From Psilocybe cubensis (taxonomy: Eukaryota), in NCBI GenBank assembly GCA_017499595.2, contig CM039000.1, forward strand, positions 310,001 through 374,000: 64,000 nt of DNA. The letters are read 5' to 3'. The position numbers were made by a program, and so were the translations under genes. Below are positions 37,522 through 49,057 of the stretch, piece by piece (the first letter of the stretch is position 1; every line of letters starts with the position of its first letter). Under the pieces are notes generated by a model. The model did no database searches. It saw only the letters and a program-made list of their open reading frames with translations, and was not told the origin of the DNA.

Positions 37522-38673
37522 CTACATAACGATGGACGCAGATTTGGTGCTTGCCAATACGCCTTCTTTTACCGCCTCCATTCCTGCCTTGTCTATGGCT
37601 TCCTCAGGACGCACTACGTACTCAGCCCAGTAGACCCAATCCTCAGCCCTGGCACCGTTGTCTTCTTGGTCAATCAAACCCACGGCAATGTTAATGATAC
37701 TCGGTTTACCGTCTGTCGGCGGGGGTATGTGATTTCTTTTGGGATCGATGGTCCAATACAAAACATTCGCACCGCATTTTTCGCAGTATTCACGGAATAC
37801 CAGAGGGGAGCTCTCGTATCTCTTTAACCCTATAGATGTGCTGGGGATGCTTTCTCTCAAAGAGATTGGGACGAACTCGTTTGTGATTTTATCAAGGACT
37901 TCGACGTTTCCCATGGGGAGGAGGATATATGTCGAAATATGGGCCCCATTCGAACGCCTGCAGCTGGAACAGAAGCAGTGGCCACACATGAACCGTACAT
38001 GCGAAGATGGGTCTTCAGGGTTCCTTGGAGGAACGGCCCACCACTTACTGGGGTCCTGCGCGTCTTCCTTGCTCAACGGCACAAGATGAACGGTAACGTT
38101 CTTGCAATGACAATGCGCGATGACTCCATTGGTGTTGCTTTCTTTCTTGAGGATAGTGTCGGACCTCCAGTTATGGACAACCTCCTCAGTACCGGCTTCC
38201 TGTGCGTACCTCGGAAGTTTCTTTCCCAAGGATGCGAGATAGTGGTCTGCGAGTCCTCCATCCCCAGTTTCTGCTACAAACGTATGGTGGCCGACATTTA
38301 CAATGCCTTCAACGCGCTCCAGGGTTCCAGTATACACGGCCCATAGAGTATTTCCTGAGGTAGCCTCTTTAATTTCATGGAAGAGGTGCGTGAAGCACAC
38401 CGAACAGAAATAACGTGTAATCTTGTCCTGCGCTGTGTATGTCTTCAATTTTGACAGGTCAGCAACGACCAACATCAATTCTCCAGGCTTGCTCTCGGCG
38501 GACAAAGGTGCACCATCTATTGGGACAGTATGTACGGCCATTGTTCCGGTTGAGTGTCGGCATATGTTGCAATGGCAGAGTTCACTTGCGATGGGGAGCT
38601 TTGAAGTTGCGAACGGAACCTTGAAGGCGTTAAGATTGCAATGACAGGATGCGTTGATGAATGTCAGGGCCAT
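37522..38673 (-). CDS. Double Mss4/GFA (CENP-V-like) zinc-binding domain protein, paralogue B
   Basis: ASCHCN...LCHCNICRH...FCSVCF, then HCHCK...HCFCSSCRR...YCEKCGANV; shares MALT..NASCHC start and NGARAEDW with paralogue A. Confidence 0.92.
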   Translation of the reverse strand: MALTFINASCHCNLNAFKVPFATSKLPIASELCHCNICRHSTGTMAVHTVPIDGAPLSAESKPGELMLVVADLSKLKTYTAQDKITRYFCSVCFTHLFHEIKEATSGNTLWAVYTGTLERVEGIVNVGHHTFVAETGDGGLADHYLASLGKKLPRYAQEAGTEEVVHNWRSDTILKKESNTNGVIAHCHCKNVTVHLVPLSKEDAQDPSKWWAVPPRNPEDPSSHVRFMCGHCFCSSCRRSNGAHISTYILLPMGNVEVLDKITNEFVPISLRESIPSTSIGLKRYESSPLVFREYCEKCGANVLYWTIDPKRNHIPPPTDGKPSIINIAVGLIDQEDNGARAEDWVYWAEYVVRPEEAIDKAGMEAVKEGVLASTKSASIVM

Positions 38674-39629
38674 TTTATATATAAGTGTATTGATATCTTC
38701 TCTCTGATCAAGGACTGGGGGGATGATAAGAGTCTCTTAGTGTTGGTTGGCTTTTATAGTTTTTTGACCCAGGAGCAATATATACATGCATAATTTTGCT
38801 TGTGTCTTCTTCGAGGTGGCATCCATGGGTAGACGGTAAATCTCGGTAACAGTGCTTGATGTGTTCCGTTTCGAGTCATACCTTTTTGTCAGTAACGGAT
38901 ACATACATAACCTTCCTTTTCTCCGTGTGATACAGACGATAAGTGCTTACATTGCACTCCAATTTTTGAGGCAGGGTTAACTTGTGCAATCCACATGAAT
39001 AATCATGAATGTATACCGATCTTGCTTCATTCCATCAATGATATGTCTTAGCTAACGATTTAAAGATAAAGTTGTATGGTTGAATATCGTTCTGAATGGT
39101 TGTGTTGGATATTCGAGATGGGCTGCCATAAGAGAGGCGTCTATGACTATGCCATATAATGAGGACCGATTCCGGCAAAAGTATTTGTTCGAACTCCAAA
39201 ACAGCGATTTTGGGTCCAATGTATGTACCAAAAGGTGAATCTTGAGGCTGACTGTAAGAATATCTGGTATTGCAAACGAGAGAGTTATGAAAAATTAGCG
39301 AATGTCATGCGGAAAAGGGGCATGACCAATTTCGATCGCCGCCAACGGAGGTCTTCCAAACGTTGAACTCTCTCTCCAAAACCTTTCCACTTTTTTTGAA
39401 TCATTCGACGGTACACGATTCCCACTAAGCAATTGAATATCTCTTAACAGGAAAGCGCAAAATAGCTAATTTCAGCAATGCTCGCAGACGTCGAATGAAA
39501 ACATACCGGCGGCCCAAATTTCTTCGAATATTGGCTTGATTCCATACGCTTCTTTCTTCTTCAATGGAGGCGAATGTTTGGGGAAAGGAAGTGGGATGAA
39601 GTAAACGGGGAACCGGAAAAGATGAAAAG

Positions 39630-40490
39630 GAAGTGTACAAAGTGCAAGCAGGTTCTCGATAGTCTATGTTGGCTAAACGGTATGTGTCTCCTTGTTTGAA
39701 GCATCAACGACATTCAATCCCTTCAAAAGCTGGCGGATCTTGACTTTGCGCTTGAGTCTACACGGTGGCATCGATATCTTCGCCGTTGATATTTTTCACT
39801 CCCTTTTTTAAGACCCACAACACCAACTGGCCGCCTTGCAAACAACGCTGCTGAGATACAAAGATATCAGTATAGGGTTTCGTTTCTTCGCGGCCTTGTT
39901 GAAGAGCTTGAGGATTGGATGGATCATACGAGACACTCCAAGGAACTTGAAAGGACGCCAGCCGTCAGTAAAAGTCACACCGGCGACTCACTTCTCTTCA
40001 CAAACTCACCCTGATTTCATACACATATCTTCGTACCTTGATGGCCATGAATGTCTGGAGAAATAATGCAGGATGGAGGGAGTAGAGCAACAGGAAAAGT
40101 TGGAATGGAGGTGTGCAGATGGATTTCTGTATTTTGTGTTGACTATACTGTGCGTATCTCCTTGTTTCAAGCGTCGACCGAATTAATGTATACAAAAGCA
40201 GGCGGTCCTTCACGATGTGTTGAACATTATGTGTCTCGTCGCCTCAACTCGGCCCAAAATTCAATATGTTCAAGAGCTGGCGGGTCTTGACGTTTTGTCG
40301 AACATGCAAACACTCCTGGATTCTACGCCATGGTATCTCTATCTTCGACAGCGTTGTTCGTTCCTTTCAAAGGAGGTTTCTGATACATGAAGATAGCAGA
40401 ACAGGTCTTCGTTTCCTCATGGTCTTCTTGTCGCCAGAGTATCTTGAAGGTTTGAGAATTGGAGGATTGGATGGGTCACAAAAGGCAACA
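39630..40490 (+). repeat. Decayed tandem duplication (units ~39630-39935 and ~40150-40490), probable coding relic
   Basis: Collinear matches: ttcaaaagctggcggatcttgac / ttcaagagctggcgggtcttgac; cgtttcttc / cgtttcctc; gaggattggatggatca / gaggattggatgggtca; stops and frameshifts in both units. Confidence 0.7.
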
Positions 40491-42224
40491 AGGATATATG
40501 AAAGTATGTTGGGCATCGACATTACATTCTTTTGCCTCTGAACAATTTAATAGGATATGAATAGTCGACATCAGAGTTTAGATACCATACGTTGTCGGAA
40601 GGACGATTCCCAAATTCAGGTTTGGGTGGCCCTTTTCTGGAATTGCCTTGCCGTCCAGTATCCCGGTTTGCGCCTTGCTCCCGTCGATCGACAGATCTTT
40701 CGCTATCATCAAATGCTCTGTTAACTGGTCTGGTTCATGGTTCTGGCGTGGCATCAGCTCATTTCTTCTTGGTTTTCTGGCTTTTCTGGTGGTCCGGAAC
40801 TTTCTGAGACCAGGATAGTCGGGTTTCATGTCGACATCTCAGCCAGAAAAAATGGGTAATGCCCATCGATGTTTTCCCGAGCAGTAATAGCTCTCTCCCG
40901 CGTCTTTTGCCCCAATATTTGCAGATATCCCATTTCTCTCCCATCCGCCGTGACCGTGACCGTGACAACGTCACGACGTAAACCAATCTTTTCGATGAAA
41001 ATCCATGAGCTCTGTGATAATACGCTTCATATATTCGGACGACGCGTAATTCCATGCCATTGTTGATTCCGACAGGTGTTTCTTCCTGTCACCCACGTAT
41101 GAAGACCTCCAGTCGCGAAAATGTACACCAAGATACGTGACAGTGACGTATGTCACGAGCGTGAAGGTACTCCCAACACTGGACAGTCTGGGCGCGATAG
41201 AGGGAAGAGGGCGGGAAATAATAGAAATATAGCATCCTCAAACGTGGATATAGATCTCCTGGTCTTGTGGGATGATCATGACGAGAATTCTGCGACCGGA
41301 ACCGCGGCGGTTTTGTCCCATAGTTGGAAGGGTTGCACAGCGTCGATGGGGCCAGCAGCAAGGTTGAACTCTGAAGGACAAAGTATCTCCTCTCTATATC
41401 AAGTTTCTTGCATGACCCTTTTGCCCATCTCGTGGTCAAGAAACATTAGCCTGTTTTCTCAGAGCCGAGTGTTATTTGTCAGGCGTTGGATGTCCCTGGA
41501 CGACTGAAAGAGGGCGATGGGGCGTTGGCCTTCATTCGTCTACGCAGCATAATCGAAAAAGGGTGAAATTGAAAGAGGGTATGTGTTGCATTGGTTTCTT
41601 CGATGAAGTGAGATGAGGTTTAACAGTGTTTTTAGGAATCGACGATGTGGTTGACCGTCGTACATGAAATGGCCAAGGGCGATAATAAGTCTACTGCCAA
41701 AATGGTTGTATCAGCTGCCAATAATAAATGAGCCCTACACGCACCACTATCACACTCTACGCTTTTCTGCCCACTCCCCGACTGGCCGTCAACCATGTCG
41801 CCATGCTGCAAAGCTATCCTCGTCACTCAACCTGGGATCCCAAACTCCAGCATGTCGATATTTGGAAATTCCCCGTCCGTGGCTGCCCCATTTTGGAGAT
41901 TCTTCCCGAGAATTGAGCGCAGTTCGAATTTGCTGACCTGAAAAGGGACTTCATCCAGTCGTCTCTTTTTTTGCACTTTACTCTTTTTTTTTCGTTTCCT
42001 CCCCGCAACGTTCCAAGGCCTTCTTGCCCCTCCCATTCTCCCCAATTCATACGCTAGCTCTCGGCCATCAACGTTTCAACCCCCACAATTCATTTCATCA
42101 TTTTCTCCCTTATATCAACCTCGCTCTTTTTATACACCCTCCTCGCGTTTGCCGTTGTCTTTTTCCTTCTCTTTGTACGGATCTTGCTCCCTGCTGCAAT
42201 ACAGCGACGGCTTCAAGGTCGGAC

Positions 42225-42891
42225 ATGTCCCCCACCGGGCGTGTTTTTCCTTCGATAGAGCAAGTTAGTCGTGAACATGCTGAACATGGGCGCCATGTAT
42301 GGATGATCTCGTCGAACCTTTCGTTTCCGTCGCGCTACTACACCCAGGTTCCGTGGTCGGGTCCGTCTACACCATTGGTGGCTGTGGTGAGTAATATTTC
42401 GTATTTTCGCCTGGTTTCTTTTGTCGCGTGTTTCTTCTCTCGTTCTTTTCGTTCTTTGTTTTTATTGTTTTTTTTCGTTTCAGAACAGGGAGAACATGCG
42501 TCGGTTCAAGAAGATTTTTGCACGCACCACGCACAGTTCAGTGAGTTCGCCGCAGCCAGTCCAGCCCTAATCCATCTAATACCAATTCTATCCAATTTTT
42601 CCTTCAGAGACGTGTCGCTTTCAGCTCTTCATACGATGGCTTCCATATTACTTTCGAGGCGAACTTTCGGAGGCGGATGAAAGATCTTATTGCGGTGTGT
42701 TGGATTGACACGGTTTTTTGTTCTTGATTTATTCATTTGTTGTTGTCTAGCATACCAAACTAAAGCTCCGCCAAAATATTGTCAAATTGAGGGAACAAAT
42801 TATCCAAAACACCTACCTGAGCCTTCCTCTTGCCCGTACCAATGTCAAGGCATCGCCGTCGTCATCAACTTCGTACCTCCCAATATCCTAA
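42225..42891 (+). CDS. Putative small five-exon orphan gene (~120 aa, basic) not represented in the ORF track
   Basis: Exons 42225-42263, 42348-42386, 42484-42540, 42608-42694, 42751-42891; donors GTTAGT, GTGAGT, GTGAGT, GTGTGT; pyrimidine-rich YAG acceptors; spliced frame open from ATG to TAA. Confidence 0.55.
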
Positions 42892-44640
42892 TCGCGTGCA
42901 GGTCTCTTCATCACCCCCAATGCCAACTACTCTATCCTATTCATTTCCTACATGAAAAATAAATCACGGTCACGCACATTCTTAATTATCTTACGCCCCA
43001 TTTTGTTCTTGATTTCCTGATGTTTGCTTTCTTGCATTATTCCCGTTTTTGATTTGTCGTTGTCGCTTGTACCATGCCATCTATCCCCATTCACACCACG
43101 CCACAATCATCTCCACGATAAATTTCCACCTTATAAACTATGATAGTCCCTATAAAAACGTGAAGACGTCTTAAAAATGTACTATACTCACTTGACACTG
43201 AAAATATTGTTGAATTTTTGTACTATTGAAGAAGCTCAGCTCTTGAAGATGTCGTTACGCCTCAAAAACATTGTTGTAAGTACATCTTGAAATTCTGCTT
43301 GAAGTTTTGAAGTGAATCTGCGGGGACTGGGCAGTTAATGATTGTTTGAAATCACACTCGTTCTCACAAAATGCCAATCTCGTTGACAAAAATTGGACTG
43401 ATCGTTGGGAGGCTGCAAAATCGACTTGGTGCACACAAAGTTGTTTGAGGTCTCGTTTGAGTATTGAAGGATTTGGAAAACCTGAACCGATATTGCCGCG
43501 TTGATATCATTCGCTGACTCGAAACTGATTTGGTCCACATATGAAAACTGAAATCATCTGTTGAAATAACTGAACATGCTGAAAAGTGTTGACGTCGGGT
43601 TGAGCTTGAAGTTGGAATGGTTGAGGCCGTCAATGTCAGTGAACAAAAGACAAAAACAATCATATTGGTAAACTAATGAAGGTTATACTCTTGAGCACGG
43701 TGTGAAAAGATAGTTGAAGGAAATGGGGTTGGTTGAGAGGGTGTATGGACTGCCAGCTCTGTCCTCCTGGGGCGAAAAGCAGAGTAAGGAGCGAGACCGA
43801 CTGGTCGAGCATTGAGACATTCACGACTTTCTTTTCAGCATTACTGTGGCACAAATACAGCCGTAGCATATGTTGAGGGCGATGGTTTGCAATTTGATAA
43901 AAAGGAATCGTGTGGGAGATTATTTGGAAAACATATATACTTCTACATGGTCCGTGCGTTTTTAAGTTTTAAGGTTTAACGTTAACCGTAATAGAGTGCG
44001 ATTTGCCGGCTTAGAAAATGCGTAAATGAGTGGCAATGCTACTGAATTATCTGCTTTGCGTTGTCAGCTTGAATCCCGTTAGTAGGTTAGTACATACAGA
44101 ATCGGCCCCAGTCTCGGAGATCAAATATTCTACCGTTATCACGACATGGCTCATTCACATTTTGTCCCAAACAACTTGTCAAAAACATTCTAAAATTCAC
44201 CGAATTCGACTGCAGTCACATCGCACTTATTGGAAGGCGACTGTGGCTTTAGGCTGTAAGGTGTTGAGTACCACTGACACTGCACCTTCGGTAGCATTGT
44301 CTCGTCGCCCGAAGTTATACTAGCTCATGACGTTGTTGACAGTCGATCCTATATTTCGAAAGCCCAGGAAAGACTCCGTTGGGAGTTATTGCGGTTAACC
44401 CAGCAGGTATCTTATCTTAATCACAGATTCTCAGCCATTGTGGGTTTTTCTAGAATGCCCAATGCCTCCATCAAGTTGTACAGTTAAATTAACAACACTC
44501 TGTTCAACTACTGACTTTTTTACCGTGACCATAGATCAGCAGTATCAATGGTTTGCAGTCATACTGTGAACTCCTGTAACAAGCTTCATATATTGTGCCG
44601 AATTCACCTTAGAGCCTCGCTGCTGAAGCAACCAGGTCAG

Positions 44641-47600
44641 ATTATATTTGAATCCTACCCTTTTGTGTGCCCTGACTAGGTTGTCGTTTTCTTTCCTTTC
44701 TAGGGCTCTCGGTCTCGATCACAGCTGTCCAACGTCAGCCAACGTCCAACCGTCTTACTTCCTGCTTCTTTTCAGGCCAGCGCTTGACTATAACAGGAGA
44801 ATGTGGCGCATCTCATTTCTGTGGGTCCATGCATGGCCTTCCTTCATTGTTGTTGGCCATACACACACCGGACGAGATTTTTTTGGTGTAATATAAATGG
44901 TGCAGGCGGCAGGCGGTCCAACGCAGTACGCGGGTGTTGTAGTATAACATCAGAGAGTGTAACTTTACCATAACGACTTGCCATATGTTATCCTTACAAA
45001 TGGTTAGGTGCTCCGAAGTCTTCTTTGCTTGGACCTCGTCATCAACTAACTGACCATATATAGTTCATTCGTGCCTTTATTTGGTCATCCTTATTTCAGT
45101 AGCGTAAATCGTCGACCTTCTTATTTTTTTGACAAATATTTCTAGTCAAAAAAACTATGCAAAATTTTTTGTCATAATCTATCCTTTGAAAATTCCGTTC
45201 AGGTTTAAGCACGGGCCACCATCGCGAGCCGCCACTTCATGCTGGGCGCCGTCGTGAAGCACATTGTCCGCGCCTTTAAATGGGTTAGGCCAGCTACTGC
45301 AGAGCCTGATATTCCCGCCGCTTTGGCTTACGATATCTCCGGAGTCTGGAGGCCTCTGTCCATGCCACTCTCGCGCAGTGTATCAACAGACTGAAGCCCG
45401 CCATCGCTGTCCTGGGAGAGGTTTTGCCTATGTTCCTGTGGCATTAGGGCAAAGGGTAACTGGGCCAAAGGATGCTCATGTACCGCCTTCGGTTAGTATC
45501 TTCGCAAGGCCTAATGAAGGCAAAGCATTCCCAGCATGATATGTGAAACACATTCATAACTAGCTATTTCAGTATATTAGCCATGGCCCACAGAGAGTTC
45601 TGTCCATCCATTGCTGAACTATTGAGCACGGTTGTGTCAAGATCGAGTCATTCACGGGTCGGCTGCTGGGCCAATATTGCAAATGCGGATAAGGCTTGAT
45701 AACATAACACAGTGATTCACCCAATGAACTTCTTGCCATGATACGGCAATACGCTGAGTCAGGTATCCCACGCAACATGGTGAGCTGCCTCGAGGCTCAG
45801 TGGGTCATTCTTTCTCTTTAAACCACATCTCAAACAAAGGATAATCAGCAAATATACCTTCCTACCACAAGAATTCCTCAGAAATTCCAGCAAATCCAAC
45901 AGATGATCGATTCATCTATTTCTTTTCCGCGCAGCCTTCTGGCCAGCACTGCCAAATGGCTTTCCATTTCGATACGCCCAACAACGACGGGCCATGCAAA
46001 AACTTTATCCTCTCCCACACTCCCTTTATGCCAGCCTACTGGTTTATTATGGTAGCACGTTACGCATTGAAGATCACGCGCTTTGAGCTTTGTCGCGTTC
46101 CGTATTTGGACGCGAACTAATTTATTGCCATTATATGTACGCTCTCTCTCTCCCTTCTGTTCCTTCATTACACTCCAGTACGCTCAGACAATGCATAGAG
46201 TTCCGGCCAGCAACATATCCACCATAAAGTCTGGCGGTGACACCCCAGATGTCTCTGAAGAGGTACTTGGCAATAACTCTCGTATAGCACTCGGGAACTC
46301 TATCGAGGTAGGGGTTTCTATTCTTGTATTACTCGCAGATCTCAGTCTAAAGCACCTGCTTGTGGCAACCTCAGGATGTAAGCAATCATAGAATATCTTA
46401 TGAATTTGTTCTGAATTGCCTGCGCAATAACCGGTTACCAGAGGTAAGTAGCAATATCCTTTAGCTGAGCCGGACGCCGGCTGATATTATGGTCCACCCA
46501 ATTTTCTGCACTGTAGGAGGTTGTAATCTCCCTCAAGGAGATTATCAAACAACAGAGTGGTGAAGGCAATGGTGGTTCCCATGATGCGGTATGCCAATTG
46601 GTCTCTCGGTTGTTTATTTGGCATGCCCACTGACTGATACAATGGTGCTTAGCGCCTGGTGAACGGCGAGCAAGGACAATCTGATGCGCCAAAAATGGCG
46701 TATTCAGTCGAGTATTCCAACAGCCAAACTGGAAACAGTGGGGTCTCTGAAGTACGCTCTATATCTCCTTGCCTGTACGAAGTGGCTTACTTTATAGGGG
46801 ATTGTAGGACGCCGATTTATCAGATTTAGTCGACCAACATACGTTTACTGAGATGGTATACGACAATAGGCAGCAATTTGGCATACGAGTACGTCCTTTT
46901 CTGCACACAGGCCTAACATCACTGTCTTACAATAGAACGGTAGCCTCACTCCATGCCTGAGGCTCATGCAACTTGTAATCAGCCAGATGCCGTCAGCCTG
47001 TATGGAGCATCCGCCAACACCAACGTCAATACGACCGAAAATTTTGGTTATACGGGTTCCAATGTGTCTACAACACATAACGCACCAGAGGCTGACCTCA
47101 ATGCACAACTCGCACAATTCCTTACAGGTTTCTCCCAGACAGGCGCCGATGAATCCTTCTCTGGATGGGTACAACCTTCCGCATTTGCAGGCTTAATGGC
47201 GCCTAGCCAGTACTTTGGCACCCGTGTAGGTCAATCCCTCCCACAAAACATTTTCGCTCCTGGTGCTCTTCAAAGTCAGCCAGTCATTCCAAATGTGAAG
47301 ACCCCGACGGACCCGTATGGTTGGGCACAAACCTCAGCTACGGCCCCAGTAACTAGTTTGCCCTCCGACTACAGGACCGTCAGCGATGTCGGGTATTCGA
47401 TGATTAACGGTCCCGCCCTACTTGGGGCTGGGAACAGCGGATATTACGGTCTCGACACTCTTACCTCGAATACTGCAAACACCCCTTCTCCTGGAGCGAT
47501 GGGAAACAATTTTACACTTACAAATGAAGGAGCTCAGAACCAGCAGAATCAACAATGGGATGCGCAGGTAAGCTTATTTCCTTGTCGCGAACTCATCAAA

Positions 47601-49057
47601 TCAACTCATACTTGACGGATTAGCCGGCTCCGATTGGCCAAAATCAATTTGGCCAAATCAACTCTATGTACCCCGTGTCTATTGCTAGCCCATTGTCTGC
47701 TGCGAGGCTTTCGACAACTGTTGCAAGAGCTCGCAAGCTTGGTGGAGACGACGGCCTCCATGCAATGAGCCCTGTCCGATGCGCAAATCCTGATACCAGG
47801 CGTGGACAACCTGTGGAAGTACAACTTATTGCCGGCCCAAGTCGAGCTTCGTTTTCGGAGTTCAGGGTGCCTGATATCTGTGACGTGGACTCACCCAAAA
47901 CCTCAAGCCCAAGTCACTCCTCTTCCCCAGCTACTTCTTCCTATGACACGGATGCTTCCTTGGGTATCCGAGAATACAGTGATGCTCGTCAGCGTTATAG
48001 TGGAAATTTTATGAACAATCGCACACAGAATGCAAGAACCCCGTCGCGTAAAGCCAAAAAAGCGCCATCAGGCTCCCAAGCACCAGAGCCTCTTCATGGT
48101 GGGGCGTATTCAGCCATCTCATTTGTTGCAGCGGATACCAACATAAGGGGCTCATATATCCGAAATTTCACCAAAAAAGTAATTACCATTGGGGTTAAAG
48201 GTATAGAAGCTAGAAACGGTGTGCCTCTCCATCAATTGGACACTGTTCAACTGGAACACTCCTTCAGAGCGTTGGGGCTTAATGTTCCCGCAGAATTTTT
48301 CTCAGAATTCGAGTTCCCTGCTCAGGAGCAGGAGAATCAACATCATGCAGATAGAAGTTCTTTGGATCCGACACAGTTCCTATTCGCTGATGCGGAAGGC
48401 AACCCAGGAGTGAACATGGCAGACTTATGTCACCAGAAGATAACCATTAGAGGCGCAGACGATAGGCTGTTCTCACACGGCCTGTTAAAAGAAATCAGGT
48501 TTGTAATAACTGTATGTGTTCCATGCTCTCTCGTTCTCCTAACCCGTGCTAATATACGTTTGTGGCTAGTTTCCAGGGTTACATTTTCCTCCGAAGAAAA
48601 TTAAACTTCCTAATTCGAAGAGAGACGGATTTTGCACCCGAGGAAATCTTGCGTTCCAAATAGCGGCCATGATACTAGATTTCTGGGTGAAAATGGCAAA
48701 AGAACCTCGTCCTAACAACTATCAAGTCGGTAATCCTTTCGGAGGGTTGTACTAGCTTTTTGCTGACTCTTCTTCATTTGTTATAGGCACCACCTGGGTG
48801 GGACTACAAGGATATTGGGATTGGGGGCCTGTTTCTTTTTGGGATTCATCTCACCAAAATGGGGCATTGGTGCGCAACAATCGGCGTGCGGGAGAAGCCA
48901 ACATCGTGAGCGACTGTTACTCATAACCACAGGCTCACCATAAAGGCAGCTCAGATCGGTTTGCATGGCTTTGATTTATACAAATAATTTGCAGAAATCA
49001 TCTGTACATTTACAACAATGAACTTTATAAATATTTTGTGTGCGTAGTTAGGACTAG
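44641..49057 (+). repeat. Copy 2 of ~4.4 kb inverted segmental duplication (partner 12097-16517)
   Basis: End-to-end similarity to the reverse complement of copy 1; ends ...gtagttaggaCTAG at 49057. Confidence 0.97.
46191..48909 (+). CDS. Uncharacterised nine-exon protein (~742-745 aa) with DUF6741-like C-terminal domain, copy 2
   Basis: Exons 46191-46307, 46375(46366 in copy-1 register)-46443, 46517-46588, 46653-46751, 46808-46888, 46944-47567, 47624-48511, 48570-48725, 48787-48909; all lengths divisible by 3; frame open. Confidence 0.83.

Noticed and set aside
6789-38673. Secondary-metabolite cluster (ABC, MFS and GFA genes near each other)
   Set aside because: No PKS, NRPS, terpene synthase or RiPP precursor, and the genes are interspersed with housekeeping genes
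42024-42680. 218 aa unspliced ORF
   Set aside because: Non-ATG start and it reads through T-rich intron-like sequence; the spliced model explains the region better
46944-48511. RIP-like hypermutation of the duplicated copies
   Set aside because: Sampled differences include transversions and changes in both directions, and both reading frames remain open
12097-49057. Autonomous giant DNA transposon or Starship with 4.4 kb terminal repeats
   Set aside because: No DDE transposase, tyrosine recombinase, Rep/helicase or reverse transcriptase is recognisable anywhere, and the interior includes ordinary housekeeping genes (SUV3, ATG15)
44641-49057. Canonical Helitron, suggested by the 3' CTAG
   Set aside because: No shared A|TC 5' end, bases after CTAG are A and G rather than T, and no GC-rich subterminal hairpin
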